DNA from: Candidatus Poribacteria bacterium
Lineage (GTDB): Bacteria > Poribacteria > WGA-4E > GCA-2687025
DNA: 64,000 nucleotides
NCBI GenBank assembly: GCA_963665845.2
Contig: OY762492.1
Location: 2,176,001 to 2,240,000 of the forward strand
Direction of reading: 5' to 3'
Below, piece after piece: positions 31,698-41,035 of the stretch. Positions within the stretch are counted from its first letter, which is position 1. Each line of letters begins with the position of its first letter. The translations under genes were made by a program, and so were the position numbers. The notes below the pieces were generated by a model, which made no database searches, had not been told where the DNA came from, and was given only the letters and a program-made list of their open reading frames with translations.

Positions 31698-32379
31698 GCT
31701 GGATATAGATTTAAAGAAAATATCAGGTAAAATTGAAGAGAAGCTGGCGGATATTTTTTCTGAAGAGCTGGTTTCAGGATTAGCGGCGCGCGAGGATTCC
31801 CGCGCTTTTGGCGCGATGGTGGAAGAAAAGATTGCAAATAACTGGCAACAAGTATGTTCGGATCTTGGATATACGCCGCTAGAACGTCCAGGGAAACGCA
31901 GTATTTTTGATTTCGCGTTTCAAACTAACGACACAATTGTTGGCATTGACATCAAAACAAAAGATTTGGATTCTACTCGTTATTCTGACGGCGGGATATG
32001 CGCAGTTGGCAATTTGTTGAAGTTTCTTGCAAACGATAACGGTATGTTTTTCATCGCAGAGTTCGGGCATGATAAGTTGTCGGAAAAAAGTAATAAACGT
32101 GATATTGTGTATATTCGAGTCGCGCCTTTTATTTTGCTTCCTGCTGACGCTTACAGAATTGAAAATCTTGGCACAGGGCAAGTTCGCCTCAATTACACGG
32201 TCAGTCAAGTTTGGGATGAGATCGATTGGAGTCGAGACCTTGTCCAATTTTATGACCTGTTTATAGGGCTCGCTATTCAGCATTACAGGCGAGTTAGCCG
32301 CGACGCATTTCATCGAATCGAAGCGCTGGAGAACTTCAAGGAAAGCGGGTACCAAAATTTCTCATTCAACAGACGCTAA
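31690..32379 (+). CDS. Putative Type II restriction endonuclease (PD-(D/E)xK)
   Basis: IFDFAF...IVGIDIKTK resembles the EcoRV-type D..DIK active site; AT-rich; adjacent to an MTase. Confidence 0.65.
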   Translation: MARLDIDLKKISGKIEEKLADIFSEELVSGLAAREDSRAFGAMVEEKIANNWQQVCSDLGYTPLERPGKRSIFDFAFQTNDTIVGIDIKTKDLDSTRYSDGGICAVGNLLKFLANDNGMFFIAEFGHDKLSEKSNKRDIVYIRVAPFILLPADAYRIENLGTGQVRLNYTVSQVWDEIDWSRDLVQFYDLFIGLAIQHYRRVSRDAFHRIEALENFKESGYQNFSFNRR

Positions 32380-32401
32380 AATCGGGCAGGTCTTTACGCC
32401 G

Positions 32402-33856
32402 TTGAAATGGGCAGAATGGCTCATCAACGCATGGGGTGTTTTTGATGCATGGATGGATGGCGCGCATGTTTGCGACCCGACCGCGGGGCAGGGCGCGTTT
32501 GCCGTTGCAATGCTTCGTCTGGCGCGGCGCAGAGGAGCGTCCATTACGCCCGAACGTCTTTCGCGTCTAACGCTCATAGAGAAATATCCCTCGCATCTTG
32601 AGCGGTTTGCGGGAAATGTCAGGCGCGAGTTTGGAGTCGACTTTCCGACCTCCCAGCTCTACTGCAAAGATATAATTCTGGACGCGCATGAAGAAAAATA
32701 CGATGCGCTCATCGGCAACCCGCCATGGGCAAACTTCACGGATTTGCCCGCCGAATACAAAAAGCGTGTCAAGCCTTTCTTTCTCATGGAAGGTCTTGTC
32801 CCGAACAAACAAAAAATGCTCTTGGGATCGTCTCGGATCGATATAGCGGCGCTGATACTGAAGGTTGTATTGGGAAGACTGCTCAAAAAGAACGGACTGG
32901 GATGTTTCTATCTTCCAACCTCGCTCTTTTTTGGCGACGACGCTCATAGCGGATTTAGAAACTACAAGGCGCGGCGTTCAAGGAACGCTGTCGGCGCGCA
33001 TCGACATTTTGCGGTGGAGACCGTCTATGAGTTTACGGCTTCGAAAGTGTTTGAGGGGATCGGAACATCGTACTGCTGCGCAAGCATTCGAGTGGACCGT
33101 CCGCAGACGTTTCCGGTTTCGTATTTCAGAGAGTTAGAAGGCAAATGGGTTGAACATAAGGCGCAGCCGCTTAAAGGCGCTACAGATCCATGGCGGGTTG
33201 CGCGAAATATCCATGAGTTGGAGATCGGCGCGCCGCTTGAATTGAGGCTTCCGCCGGAACAAAAACCTCGGCAAGGCGTCAACACATGCGGATCGAACAG
33301 CGTTTTTCTATTCAATGCCAAGCCGACGCATCTTCCAGATCGATTTCTTTACCCGCTTGCAACGAAAGAGCTCTGGCGTCAACAGACGCTGTTTCCCCGC
33401 AAGTGGATACTGCTGCCGTATGATCCGCACACCGGCAAGCCGCTCACATGGGCGCAAATCGATCAGCATGGCTCCTTAAGGGAACACTTGAAGAAAGCCC
33501 AAGAAATCCTGCAGGCGCGCAAGGGAACATTTCTGCGCGCCGCAATGAAGAGAGGGCATTGGTGGACGCTGCTGGGCGTCGGACCCTATGCGTTTGCGCC
33601 TTTCAAAGTGATTTGGGAAGCATACGGAAAAAGCCAGTTCAACCCGATCGCGCTAGACAATGTAGATGGGCAGGCGTGGCAGGGCAACCAGTCCATGCAT
33701 GCCTTTATTCCGTGCTGGACAAAACGCGACGCGCAACGGATTAAAACGGAGCTTGAGAAACCCGAAATCACGGCTATATTGCGGCAGCTGGGCGGAGCAG
33801 GCAAACGCAATTGGGCGCAGCCTGGCAAGATAAAGAAAATTCTTGCGCTTGAATAG
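32402..33856 (+). CDS. Gamma-class N6-adenine DNA methyltransferase (true start probably upstream)
   Basis: CDPTAGQGAF motif I, IGNPPW motif IV; in-frame GQVFTP motif X lies upstream of the TTG. Confidence 0.85.
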   Translation: MKWAEWLINAWGVFDAWMDGAHVCDPTAGQGAFAVAMLRLARRRGASITPERLSRLTLIEKYPSHLERFAGNVRREFGVDFPTSQLYCKDIILDAHEEKYDALIGNPPWANFTDLPAEYKKRVKPFFLMEGLVPNKQKMLLGSSRIDIAALILKVVLGRLLKKNGLGCFYLPTSLFFGDDAHSGFRNYKARRSRNAVGAHRHFAVETVYEFTASKVFEGIGTSYCCASIRVDRPQTFPVSYFRELEGKWVEHKAQPLKGATDPWRVARNIHELEIGAPLELRLPPEQKPRQGVNTCGSNSVFLFNAKPTHLPDRFLYPLATKELWRQQTLFPRKWILLPYDPHTGKPLTWAQIDQHGSLREHLKKAQEILQARKGTFLRAAMKRGHWWTLLGVGPYAFAPFKVIWEAYGKSQFNPIALDNVDGQAWQGNQSMHAFIPCWTKRDAQRIKTELEKPEITAILRQLGGAGKRNWAQPGKIKKILALE

Positions 33857-33871
33857 GTTTGTCTTCTACGG

Positions 33872-33970
33872 GCAGTACATACAGGCGATAATTTTGATTT
33901 TTAGAGCGCCGTTTTGGAAGGCGAAGGCTCTCTGAGAAAACTCTGGATTCCCGCTTGCGCGGGAATGACG
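33872..33970. repeat. Arm element + REP hairpin
   Basis: Homologous to about 19055-19140 and, inverted, 38390-38482. Confidence 0.75.
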
Positions 33971-34042
33971 TCAGGCGGCGCCGACGCTTTAGGGTCAAAA
34001 AATGAAATTCATCGCATGGGCGTACCAGCGCTGTCATAAAAC

Positions 34043-34118
34043 GTTTGCGCCCGCCTCCCCGCTTTGCTATACTGGGCGCATAAACCTACGACACACGCGG
34101 AGAAATGTAGATGGCGCG
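34043..34118 (+). repeat. 76-bp direct repeat copy 2 (promoter + RBS + start of isomerase gene)
   Basis: Matches 31622-31697 except A31676/G34097. Confidence 0.95.
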
Positions 34119-34899
34119 ATTGCCAATTGGACTTCAACTGTACTCGGTGCGGCATGACTTTGCCAACGACCCGCGCGGAACGCTCAAAGCGGTCGCGGAG
34201 ATGGGCTACGAGGGCGTCGAATTCGCCGGCGACCCGCCCATCGGTCAAGAGGGCGCCGCCGAGGAACTGAAAGCGCATCTGGACGAATTCGGCTTGAAAT
34301 GCTGCGGATGGCACACCCCTTACCACCGCGTCGACGACGACCAGATCGACGACACGATCGCCTTCAACAAAACGCTCGACAACAAATACGTCATCGTGCC
34401 GGGCATCCCCGGCAACCTGCGCCAATCGCGGGACGACTGGCTCAAGCTGGCGGTTCATTTCAACAAGGTCGCCGACCGACTCGCCAAGGACGGCATGGTC
34501 ACAGGCTACCATAACCACAGCATCGAGTTTCAGGAGCTGGACGGCGAGCTGCCGTGGGACACGTTCTTCGGCGCGACGAACGACGGCGTCGTCATGCAGC
34601 TGGACATCGGCAACGCCATGTCGGGCGGCGGAGAGGTGGTCAAGGCGCTGACCGACTACCCAGGACGCGCGCTGACGGTTCACCTGAAACCGTACTCTCC
34701 CTCCTTGGCCAAAGAGGGGCATGGGGCCGCCTTTGGACCTGTCATCGGGCAGGACGAAGCGCCGTGGGATGAAATCTTCCGCCTCTGCGAATCGTCCGCC
34801 GGGACGGAATGGTACATCGTCGAATATGAAAGCAACGCTTATCCGCCGCTTGAAGCGGTCGAACGGTGCCTGAAAGCGCTCAAAGAGATGGGCAAGTGA
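34111..34899 (+). CDS. Sugar phosphate isomerase/epimerase (AP_endonuc_2 TIM barrel)
   Basis: IGLQLYSVR, GYEGVEFAG, GYHNH, QLDIG, VHLK, IVEYE. Confidence 0.9.
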   Translation: MARLPIGLQLYSVRHDFANDPRGTLKAVAEMGYEGVEFAGDPPIGQEGAAEELKAHLDEFGLKCCGWHTPYHRVDDDQIDDTIAFNKTLDNKYVIVPGIPGNLRQSRDDWLKLAVHFNKVADRLAKDGMVTGYHNHSIEFQELDGELPWDTFFGATNDGVVMQLDIGNAMSGGGEVVKALTDYPGRALTVHLKPYSPSLAKEGHGAAFGPVIGQDEAPWDEIFRLCESSAGTEWYIVEYESNAYPPLEAVERCLKALKEMGK

Positions 34900-34902
34900 T
34901 CC

Positions 34903-35967
34903 ATGAAAACGCAAACGGGCGTCATTGACGCGGACGCGCACAATTACATCAACTCGATGGAGGACCTGCTGCCGTATCTGTCGGAGCGGTGGCGAACCTA
35001 TGTGCGCAGCTCCGGCATGCAGATGCCGCCCGTGTCGCACCTGCCGAAGCTGTATGAGTTGGCGGCGAGGCGCGACGCCTGGCCGCCCGGCGGCGGAAAA
35101 CCCGGCTCCGACCCCGACTTCATGCGCGAGCAGCTTCTGGACGCCTGGCAAATAGACGCCGCGGTTTTGAACCCGCTCGTCGGCGTGTCAGGCATACGGA
35201 ACCTGGACCTCGCCAACGCTGTCATGCGCGCCGTCAACGAATGGGTCGAGGATGTGTGGTTCTCGGCGGATGAACGGTGGCATGCCTCCATCACGGTCAA
35301 CGCATACGACGCGGAAGCGTCCGCCGCCGAAATACGCCGCGCGGCGCAGAACAGGCGGTTCAATCAGGTTCTGCTGCTGGTACGCTCCCATGCGCCGTAT
35401 GGACGGCGGGAGTTCCGCCCCATCTTTGAGGCGGCAGCCGATATGGACATACCGGTCGGCATACATTTCGGCGGCGGGACGGGCAATCCGATCACCGCCG
35501 CCGGCTGGCCTTCGTATTATATCGAAGACCATACCGGAATGACGCAGGCGTTTGAGGCGCAGCTGATTAGCCTTGTGTGCGAGGGGGTGTTTCAAAGCAT
35601 GCCTTCAACGCGGGTCTGTCTCATTGAGGGCGGGTTTGCGTGGCTGCCGGCGCTCATGTGGCGGCTTGACAAGAACTACCGCGGGCTGCGCAGCGAGGTG
35701 CCATGGCTGACCGAGTTTCCAAGCGAGATCATACGGCGCCATTTCGCCGCGACGACGCAGCCGATGGAGGAGCCGGAGGACCCCGCCTATCTGCTGGACA
35801 TCTTCAAGATGCTCGACTGCGATCGGTTTCTGCTGTTTGCGACCGACTATCCGCACTGGGATTTTGACGCGCCCGACAAGGCGATTCCAAGCGTGGTGCC
35901 GGACGATCTGCGTCAAAAAATCATGCGCGGCAACGCCCTGAAGTTTTATGCGTTCCAGAACCTTTGA
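34903..35967 (+). CDS. Amidohydrolase_2 family protein, possibly an amidohydrolase-related dinuclear oxygenase
   Basis: IDADAH, VGIH, YYIEDH, IEGGFAW, TTQPMEEP, FATDYPHWDFD. Confidence 0.85.
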   Translation: MKTQTGVIDADAHNYINSMEDLLPYLSERWRTYVRSSGMQMPPVSHLPKLYELAARRDAWPPGGGKPGSDPDFMREQLLDAWQIDAAVLNPLVGVSGIRNLDLANAVMRAVNEWVEDVWFSADERWHASITVNAYDAEASAAEIRRAAQNRRFNQVLLLVRSHAPYGRREFRPIFEAAADMDIPVGIHFGGGTGNPITAAGWPSYYIEDHTGMTQAFEAQLISLVCEGVFQSMPSTRVCLIEGGFAWLPALMWRLDKNYRGLRSEVPWLTEFPSEIIRRHFAATTQPMEEPEDPAYLLDIFKMLDCDRFLLFATDYPHWDFDAPDKAIPSVVPDDLRQKIMRGNALKFYAFQNL

Positions 35968-36331
35968 CATCGGGTCGGCGGAGGAGTTTCCGATGGGCGA
36001 ACCGCGGCGCGTCATGGTGAACGGGCGGGCGTTGGCGGTGGTGCGTCAGCCGAACGCGATCTACGCGGCGCGCGACATCTGCCCGCATCAAGGCGCGCGG
36101 CTCTCGGACGGACACGCGACCGGGACGGCGCTGCCATGCCTGCCCGGCGAGGAGATCGTCTTCGGAAAAATCGGCGAGATACTGGTCTGCCCATGGCACG
36201 GCTGGGAGTACGACCTGCGCACTGGACGCGCGCTCATCAACCCAGACAAAATACGCATACGAACCTACCCCGCGCGCATCGAGAACGGACGCGCCTTAGT
36301 AGAGATGCGTGTTGTACCTAAAAGAGATTGA
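35948..36331 (+). CDS. Rieske [2Fe-2S] ferredoxin
   Basis: CPHQG and CPWHGWEYD motifs; overlaps upstream gene. Confidence 0.92.
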   Translation: MRSRTFDIGSAEEFPMGEPRRVMVNGRALAVVRQPNAIYAARDICPHQGARLSDGHATGTALPCLPGEEIVFGKIGEILVCPWHGWEYDLRTGRALINPDKIRIRTYPARIENGRALVEMRVVPKRD

Positions 36332-36456
36332 GCTTGACCGTCAAAACGTTATTCCCGCAATTCACCTCCTCGTCATTCCCGCGTAAGCGGGAATCTTAGG
36401 CGTCGCAGACGCCGTAAAATGCATCGCAAGCAGCCGCTGTCAATGTAAGGAGCGTC

Positions 36457-37317
36457 ATGATTTTTGGAAACGGCAACCATCGATACGAGTTTCAAGAGGG
36501 CTGGGGACAACTGCCCGACGGAGAAGAATGGGGCGAAACGATCGGCGTCGCCTGCGATTCGCAAGACCGCGTCTATGTGTTCGCGCGCGGCGAACGCCCG
36601 TTGACCGTCTTTGAACCTGACGGAACCTTCATCGCCGAATGGGGAGCCGGGCTGTTCGAGTCGCCACACGGCATTTACATCGATCCCGACGACTGCGTCT
36701 ATTGCGCCGATATGGGCGTTCATGCGCTGTTCAAGTTCGACCCGAACGGACGGCTCATTCAGACGCTCGGAACGCCGGGGACGCCGAACGACGGCAAGCC
36801 GTTCCATATGGTGACCGACTGCGCAATGAACGCGGACGGCGACCTGTTCGTCTCGGACGGGTACGGCAATCGGCGCGTCCACAGGTTCAGCCCGTCGGGC
36901 GAGCTGCTGCATTCATGGGGCGAAGACGGAGACGGACCGGGGCAGTTCAAACTGGTGCATAATGTGCGCATCGACCGCGAGGGGCATGTCTGGGTGTGCG
37001 ACCGCCCAAATCGGCGCATACAGATCTTTGACCAGGACGGGAATTATCTGCGCGAAATCGGCGGTCTGGCGCAGCCCGACACCGTCTTTTTTGATCCGGT
37101 TGAGGATCTGTTTTACCTCGCCGAGCTGGAGTTCAGGGTGAGCGTCCGGTCGCTTGACGGCGGTGTCATTGCCCAGTGGGGCGGCGAGAAAAGCGACCGC
37201 CCCGGCGAATTTTCAGGATGGCCGCACGGCATCTGGGTCGACTCGCAGGGCAGCCTGTATGTGACGCAAGCGCGGACGCAAAACAAGGTACAGAAATACC
37301 GCCGCCTCAAGCCGTGA
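36457..37317 (+). CDS. NHL-repeat protein (peptidyl-alpha-hydroxyglycine lyase-like)
   Basis: SPHGIYID, FVSDGYGNRRVHRF, WVCDRPNRRIQIFD repeats; TAAGGAG RBS. Confidence 0.88.
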   Translation: MIFGNGNHRYEFQEGWGQLPDGEEWGETIGVACDSQDRVYVFARGERPLTVFEPDGTFIAEWGAGLFESPHGIYIDPDDCVYCADMGVHALFKFDPNGRLIQTLGTPGTPNDGKPFHMVTDCAMNADGDLFVSDGYGNRRVHRFSPSGELLHSWGEDGDGPGQFKLVHNVRIDREGHVWVCDRPNRRIQIFDQDGNYLREIGGLAQPDTVFFDPVEDLFYLAELEFRVSVRSLDGGVIAQWGGEKSDRPGEFSGWPHGIWVDSQGSLYVTQARTQNKVQKYRRLKP

Positions 37318-37320
37318 CGA

Positions 37321-37526
37321 CTGACCGCTTAAAGTTGAGACCGGTGAACGAACAAAGCCTTTATTCATGCGAAAAAAGCGTCGCCAACCAAATCGTCCCC
37401 CGCTTCCGCGAGGACATGCATTCCCGCGTAAGCGGGAATCCAGAGGCGCCGCAGACGACGTCCGCGACCGCCCGCCGGCATGTCCCAACTAAAGACGTAA
37501 GGTCAGCATGCTTAAAGTTGGGACAG
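37321..37526 (+). mobile_element. MITE, long variant (37321-37506), plus TIR fragment
   Basis: Ends ATGTCCCAACTAAAGACGTAAGGTCAG, followed by CATGCTTAAAGTTGGGACA. Confidence 0.8.
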
Positions 37527-37534
37527 GCTGAAAT

Positions 37535-38284
37535 CTACCAGAGTCGCCCTTTGAGGCGGTTGTGTATCATCTCGCAATAGGACGGGTTTATTTCAAAAGC
37601 GTAGCAGCGCCTGCCGTTTAACAGGCATGCTTCAATCGTTGTTCCAGAGCCGGCGAACGGGTCCAATACGGCGCCGTTTTTCGGGCAGCTGGATTTGACC
37701 ATTCGTTCGATGATTTCTAACGGCTTTTGCGTCGGGTGGTCTTCGCGCTCTCTGTGCAGTTTGTGCAACCGAGAGACGCTCCAAACATCTTTCGGGTTAT
37801 GCCCCAGCTCAAGCCATTTGCTCCCGACAAATCTAGATCGGGTTCTCGCTTTTTTCGTTTCCGGATCGTAAGGGATTCTGACCGAATCCAGATCAAAAAA
37901 GTATTTTTTGCTTTTCGCAAAGAAGCCGATGGTGTCATGGACGGATGAAAATTTACGGGTGGAGCCGCCCATGCTTGGAACTCTGCGATCCCAGATAATC
38001 TCATTGACCATGATCATTTTCGTTTTGATAAAGGAGAAAATTTCGGGCGAGTACTTCCAAGTGGTGAAAATATACAGACTGCCGGCGCTTTTCAGTTTGG
38101 GCAGGACTGCCGTTATCCACGCTTTTGTCCATTGAAGAAAGTCGTCGGGATTCATTTTGTCCGACAAATTCCCAAAATCTTTGCCAAGACCGTAAGGCGG
38201 ATCCGCGACGACCAAATCGATGGAATTGTCGGCGATGCGGTCCATTCCAACCAAGACGTCTTCGTTATACAGGTCATATTTCAT
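37535..38284 (-). CDS. Orphan beta-class N4-C/N6-A DNA methyltransferase
   Basis: ADPPY precedes HPTQKP and VLDPFAGSGTT; AT-rich. Confidence 0.92.
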   Translation of the reverse strand: MKYDLYNEDVLVGMDRIADNSIDLVVADPPYGLGKDFGNLSDKMNPDDFLQWTKAWITAVLPKLKSAGSLYIFTTWKYSPEIFSFIKTKMIMVNEIIWDRRVPSMGGSTRKFSSVHDTIGFFAKSKKYFFDLDSVRIPYDPETKKARTRSRFVGSKWLELGHNPKDVWSVSRLHKLHREREDHPTQKPLEIIERMVKSSCPKNGAVLDPFAGSGTTIEACLLNGRRCYAFEINPSYCEMIHNRLKGRLW

Positions 38285-38362
38285 GACAGCGCAACGCCCC
38301 TTGATTCCATGCTGTCTCTACAGGCGGCGATATTCATTTTGCGCGGCGGCCCGCCCATTCAA

Positions 38363-38482
38363 ACCGTCCCCCGCTTACGCGAGGACATGCATTCCCGCGC
38401 AAGCGGGAATCCAGAGTTTTCCTAGACAGCCTCCGCATTCTAAAACGGCTTTAAAATCAAAGCCATCGCCTATAGAGACTAT
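38363..38482. repeat. REP (long variant) + arm element
   Basis: CCCCCGCTTACGCGAGGACATGCATTCCCGCGCAAGCGGGAATCCAGAGTTTTCCTAGACAGCCTCCGCATTC. Confidence 0.75.
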
Positions 38483-38625
38483 CGTATGAGCATACCCTTG
38501 GCATGTCTTCGCATAAGCGGGAGCGAATGACGCGACCCGTATTGCCAACGCAGTCCGCCTGTGTATAATAACAGCGGCGGCGCAAGGGAGCGTCTATGCC
38601 CAGGCGAAAGCGACAGGAGAGCCGT

Positions 38626-39396
38626 ATGAAAAATCCAACGCAGCCGCAATTGAGACCCGTCCAGAAGGAGCGGCTGAATGTCCAGCTTCGAACGCGGTTT
38701 CAGCCGTATAAAGGCGTTGACGAATGGCGCGAAACGTTCATCCCCGCGGCGTTAGAGACCGACAAAACGGCGCTCCTGCTCTGCGATGTCTGGAACAAGC
38801 ACTGGTGCGACGGCGCGACGGAGCGCCTAAACGCCATGATACCGCGCATGAACCGCCTCGCGGAGAGCCTGCGCAGCCGCGGCGTTCAGATTGTCCATGC
38901 CCCCTCGGACACGATGGATTTTTATGAGGACGCGCCGCAGCGTCAACGCGCCGCTCTCGCGCCTCCTGTTGAACCGCCTGAACCGCTTGACCTGACCGAC
39001 CCGCCGCTCCCCATTGACGACTCGGACGGCGGATGCGAACTTGACCAAGAGCCGTATAAAGCGTGGCACCGCCAGCATGAAGGCATCGAGATCGCCGAAA
39101 TGGACGCGCTCTCCGACAACGGACATGAGGTGTACAGCCTCTTCGCCCAGCTCGGCATCGATACGATGCTCATCATGGGCGTCCACACGAACATGTGCGT
39201 CCTAGGGCGCTCCTTTTCGATACGCCAGATGACGCGCTGGGGGGTGAAGGTCGCGCTCGTCCGCGACCTGACCGACGCGATGTACAACCCCGCCATGCGC
39301 CCGTTCGTCTCGCATGACGAGGGGACGGAGCTGGTCATTCAGCATATCGAAAAACACTGGTGTCCGACGGTTCACAGCGAAGAGCTGTTCAAATGA
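38626..39396 (+). CDS. Isochorismatase / cysteine hydrolase family protein
   Basis: TALLLCDVWNKHWC, MGVHTNMCVL, RDLTDAMY; AGGAG RBS; TTGCCA-N16-TATAAT upstream. Confidence 0.85.
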   Translation: MKNPTQPQLRPVQKERLNVQLRTRFQPYKGVDEWRETFIPAALETDKTALLLCDVWNKHWCDGATERLNAMIPRMNRLAESLRSRGVQIVHAPSDTMDFYEDAPQRQRAALAPPVEPPEPLDLTDPPLPIDDSDGGCELDQEPYKAWHRQHEGIEIAEMDALSDNGHEVYSLFAQLGIDTMLIMGVHTNMCVLGRSFSIRQMTRWGVKVALVRDLTDAMYNPAMRPFVSHDEGTELVIQHIEKHWCPTVHSEELFK

Positions 39397-41033
39397 GGCG
39401 GCGTCTGTTTGCCGTCAGCGTTCTCGCTTTAACGGCGCTGTCTGCGGCGCGCGGTTCGGAGACGCATGCGCTGTTTTTGAACGCGGCGCGGCTTCCAGAG
39501 AACGAGGCTGAAAACGCTGTCCGTCAACAGATAAAGCAGCTTCAAAACACGCTGGCGGAAACGGCGCGGATTTCCCTTGACCGCCAAACCGCGCCCGACG
39601 ATCAGCCTTTAACAAAGGAACGCATACAACGCGAACTGCAGAACCTGTCGATTCGAACGCCGAAGGGAGGGCGCGCTGTCGTCTATCTGCGCGCCTACGC
39701 TGCTAAAATAGGCGGCGGACATCTACAAATGTACCCCGCCGGCTCCGATCCTGCCGTTCCCGTTGACGAACAGCCGGGCGTCCTGCTGGACACGGAGCTG
39801 AACGCATGGCTCGCCGACTATTTTGAAGGCTCCGAAACGCTGTTGTTTCTAGATCTGATCGCGCCGCAGCCCTCCATTGCTGTCTTTTATACGAACCGCG
39901 TTCAGATCGGAACGAACTCGGTTCATATGATCGTCGGCCGTCCCGTGTCGGCGTCGCTTGCGGGCGTTGCGGCGGCGGTTATGAAACGGCTGGGCGGCGC
40001 GTTGGACGGCAACGACGACCGCGTCATCGACATGGGCGAAATGGCGAACGCGGTTCAAAACGAAGGCAGCGGGCGCGACTGGGCGCGAGACGCCGCCTTC
40101 TCCGGCACCGGCGACGGCGCCTCCGTTCTGTTTGAGCTTCCGTCCGCTGTCATTGTCATCGCCGCGCCGGGCGCGTCGGCGCTCATTGACGGCAAAGAGA
40201 TTGGACCGATCACGGCGCGGTATGAAGCGGAGCCAGGGCGAACCTATCAGGCGGCCGCCGCGAAGGCGGGGTTCCGCGCCGTAGAGCCACTGTCTGTCGC
40301 CGTTTCAAAACCGTACGGCGAGGCGGCTGTAGCGCGGTTTCGTTTGGAGCCGATCCGCATCGACGCGCAGATACGGCTGCCCGTCGGCGAGCAGCCCGAC
40401 ATCCTCACAACGCGGCTGCGCCCCGACGCGGGACTGTTGCGCGAGCTGAACGAAAACGAACGCGCGCGGCTGACGCTCAACAGCGCCGACTACGCCTTGG
40501 AGCTGGGAACCGAATACGATCTTCTCGTCGGGACGCCGGACAATACGCTGTTCGGCGCCGCCCGGTTCGTCTTCGGCGGACATGAGGACATACCGCTGGA
40601 AATACCGCTTGAAAAACGAACCGAATGGCAGGTGGCGCAGATCTATTTTGAGGACGGGTTCCAAGACCATGCGCTCAAAACGGCGGAGAAAGCGCGCGAC
40701 TCGGCGTATGAAATCCCGCCGATGAGCGTTGAGTTCATGACCTTCCTATTCAGCGCCTGGTCAGGGGATGAAACGAACGCGCGCGCCATGATCGGCTGCG
40801 CGCTTCTGTCGTTTTACCTCGGCGAGACGAACGAATCGCGCGGCTACTGGAAAAAAGCGAAAGAAGCAGCCCCCAAAGGAAGCGCCGACCGCGACTTCGC
40901 CTCCGACGGACTCAACTCGGTCGGCGGCGGATGGACGACTTATGCGGTCATACTCGGCTTCTTGACGCTGATCGTTTCCATAACCGTCTCGATGGTCTTG
41001 CGCCATCGGCGGAGACTCAAAGCGTCCCCCTGA
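39393..41033 (+). CDS. Secreted, C-terminally anchored protein with caspase-like and PEGA-like regions
   Basis: Signal peptide, ALDGNDDRVIDMGEM motif, PGASALIDGKEIG PEGA-like motif, C-terminal TM and basic tail; ATGA coupling. Confidence 0.55.
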   Translation: MRRRLFAVSVLALTALSAARGSETHALFLNAARLPENEAENAVRQQIKQLQNTLAETARISLDRQTAPDDQPLTKERIQRELQNLSIRTPKGGRAVVYLRAYAAKIGGGHLQMYPAGSDPAVPVDEQPGVLLDTELNAWLADYFEGSETLLFLDLIAPQPSIAVFYTNRVQIGTNSVHMIVGRPVSASLAGVAAAVMKRLGGALDGNDDRVIDMGEMANAVQNEGSGRDWARDAAFSGTGDGASVLFELPSAVIVIAAPGASALIDGKEIGPITARYEAEPGRTYQAAAAKAGFRAVEPLSVAVSKPYGEAAVARFRLEPIRIDAQIRLPVGEQPDILTTRLRPDAGLLRELNENERARLTLNSADYALELGTEYDLLVGTPDNTLFGAARFVFGGHEDIPLEIPLEKRTEWQVAQIYFEDGFQDHALKTAEKARDSAYEIPPMSVEFMTFLFSAWSGDETNARAMIGCALLSFYLGETNESRGYWKKAKEAAPKGSADRDFASDGLNSVGGGWTTYAVILGFLTLIVSITVSMVLRHRRRLKASP

Positions 41034-41035
41034 AC

